DNA of 64,000 nucleotides from an uncultured delta proteobacterium (GTDB taxonomy: Bacteria; Desulfobacterota; Binatia; UBA9968), in assembly GCA_963840855.1 (NCBI GenBank), contig CAWJBB010000069.1, positions 56,290-120,289 of the forward strand, in the 5' to 3' direction. A program made the position numbers and the translations under genes. Positions 63,050 through 64,000 of this stretch are shown one piece after another. Within the stretch, counting starts at the first letter, position 1. Each line of letters starts with the position of its first letter. The notes under the pieces are model-generated. The model ran no database searches, was not told the origin of the DNA, and was given only the letters and a program-made list of their open reading frames with translations.

Positions 63050-64000
63050 TCATTCTTTATACAAGCTGTCGATATAACCGCTCTCATCGAGTTTGCGGAT
63101 AAAACGATTATCGATAAGATCTTCAACTCGAATGCTCTTAACCTTGGGGTTCAGAGTCGCCATCATGCGCTGAATGTTGCGCAGACCGTCCACCTGAGCA
63201 TAGGGTTTTTTCTCAACGCCCACCTGCAAGTCCTGGTAGCCATCCTCCAACAAAGCCGGATTGCTCAGCTTCATGTGGCGCGACATGGTTTGGAGAACTG
63301 CGCTGCGGTTAGCCGGCGCGGCGACGAATGCTTGCGCTTCGATCAACGCTTTCAACACCGCCTCGACAACTTCGGGATGCTCACGCAGGTAGTTGCCGCT
63401 GACAGCGACCGTGCCGCTCATGAATGGAATCTTCGCGCGATAGAGATCAACGAGCACGGTTAGTCCTTTTGATTTGGGGCCGCGGCTCAGAAAGGGATCG
63501 AGCAGTGTCGCGTCGATATTTCCCGCCTCGACCGCCTGGGCGAGAATGGTCTGATTGCCGAGACCATTGATGCTGATGCGATCGCGGGTGGCATCCAATC
63601 CCAGATGCTCGAGTGTTAAATAGGTCGCCATCCACGTGGTGCCGCCGATGTTAGTGACGCCGAAGCGTTTGCCGCGCAGATCCTTCGCTTCCTTGATTTC
63701 CGGACGCACGACGAGGTGATAGTAAAGCCGGTTGCCCTGGCCGGCAATGATCTTGAGATCCTGCCCGCCGGAAACGGCGAACAAGAACGGCGAGCCGCCA
63801 CTGGCGGCAAATTGAACCTCTCCGGTCGAGAGCGCGGTCATCTGCAGCGGGCTGCTGCGCAAATAAACCACCTCCATGTCAACGCCGTGCTTGGCAAAGA
63901 GACCCTTTTCCTGGGCAATCCATAGAACCGTTGAGCGCGCGGCCACCGCCGATTGGCTTATGCGGACTTTTGCCGGCGCTGGTTTAGCGGGCCCTTGCGC
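63050..64000 (-). CDS. ABC substrate-binding protein, SsuA/THI5/NitT-TauT family (5' end outside the window)
   Basis: EKGLFAKHG, DLRGKRFGV, DNRFIRKLDESGYID. Confidence 0.88.
   Translation of the reverse strand, partial: AQGPAKPAPAKVRISQSAVAARSTVLWIAQEKGLFAKHGVDMEVVYLRSSPLQMTALSTGEVQFAASGGSPFLFAVSGGQDLKIIAGQGNRLYYHLVVRPEIKEAKDLRGKRFGVTNIGGTTWMATYLTLEHLGLDATRDRISINGLGNQTILAQAVEAGNIDATLLDPFLSRGPKSKGLTVLVDLYRAKIPFMSGTVAVSGNYLREHPEVVEAVLKALIEAQAFVAAPANRSAVLQTMSRHMKLSNPALLEDGYQDLQVGVEKKPYAQVDGLRNIQRMMATLNPKVKSIRVEDLIDNRFIRKLDESGYIDSLYKE

Noticed and set aside
1-64000. tRNA, rRNA, integrase, recombinase or transposase genes
   Set aside because: None recognised by eye or in the ORF track; any enzyme acting on the attC or 70-bp sites must lie outside the window.

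Overview
A GC-rich bacterial chromosomal window dominated by solute-binding proteins (13 SBP genes, one permease pair, no ABC ATPase) and catabolic enzymes. This content resembles Candidatus Binatia or related soil Deltaproteobacteria, which is an inference only. The first 13 kb behaves like an accessory array. It starts next to an orphan 3' fragment of guaA and holds single-gene modules of about 1.19 kb bracketed by the arms of a 70-bp imperfect palindrome (33-bp arm, CACA, 33-bp arm). These modules are interleaved with integron attC-like sites; no integrase or recombinase is present in the window. The rest encodes a GAF-PAS sigma-54 activator, a sigma-54-driven small C2H2 zinc-finger protein, two tandem TPP-dependent E1 alpha/beta pairs without E2/E3, aat, a Dpp-type transporter cluster, a FecR/OmpA/CHASE2-PP2C/MBL/RsbW/RsbV signalling locus, and a MmgE/PrpD-amidohydrolase-LeuA-like cluster. 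About ten genes carry small frameshifts, several in homopolymers, most likely long-read assembly errors.
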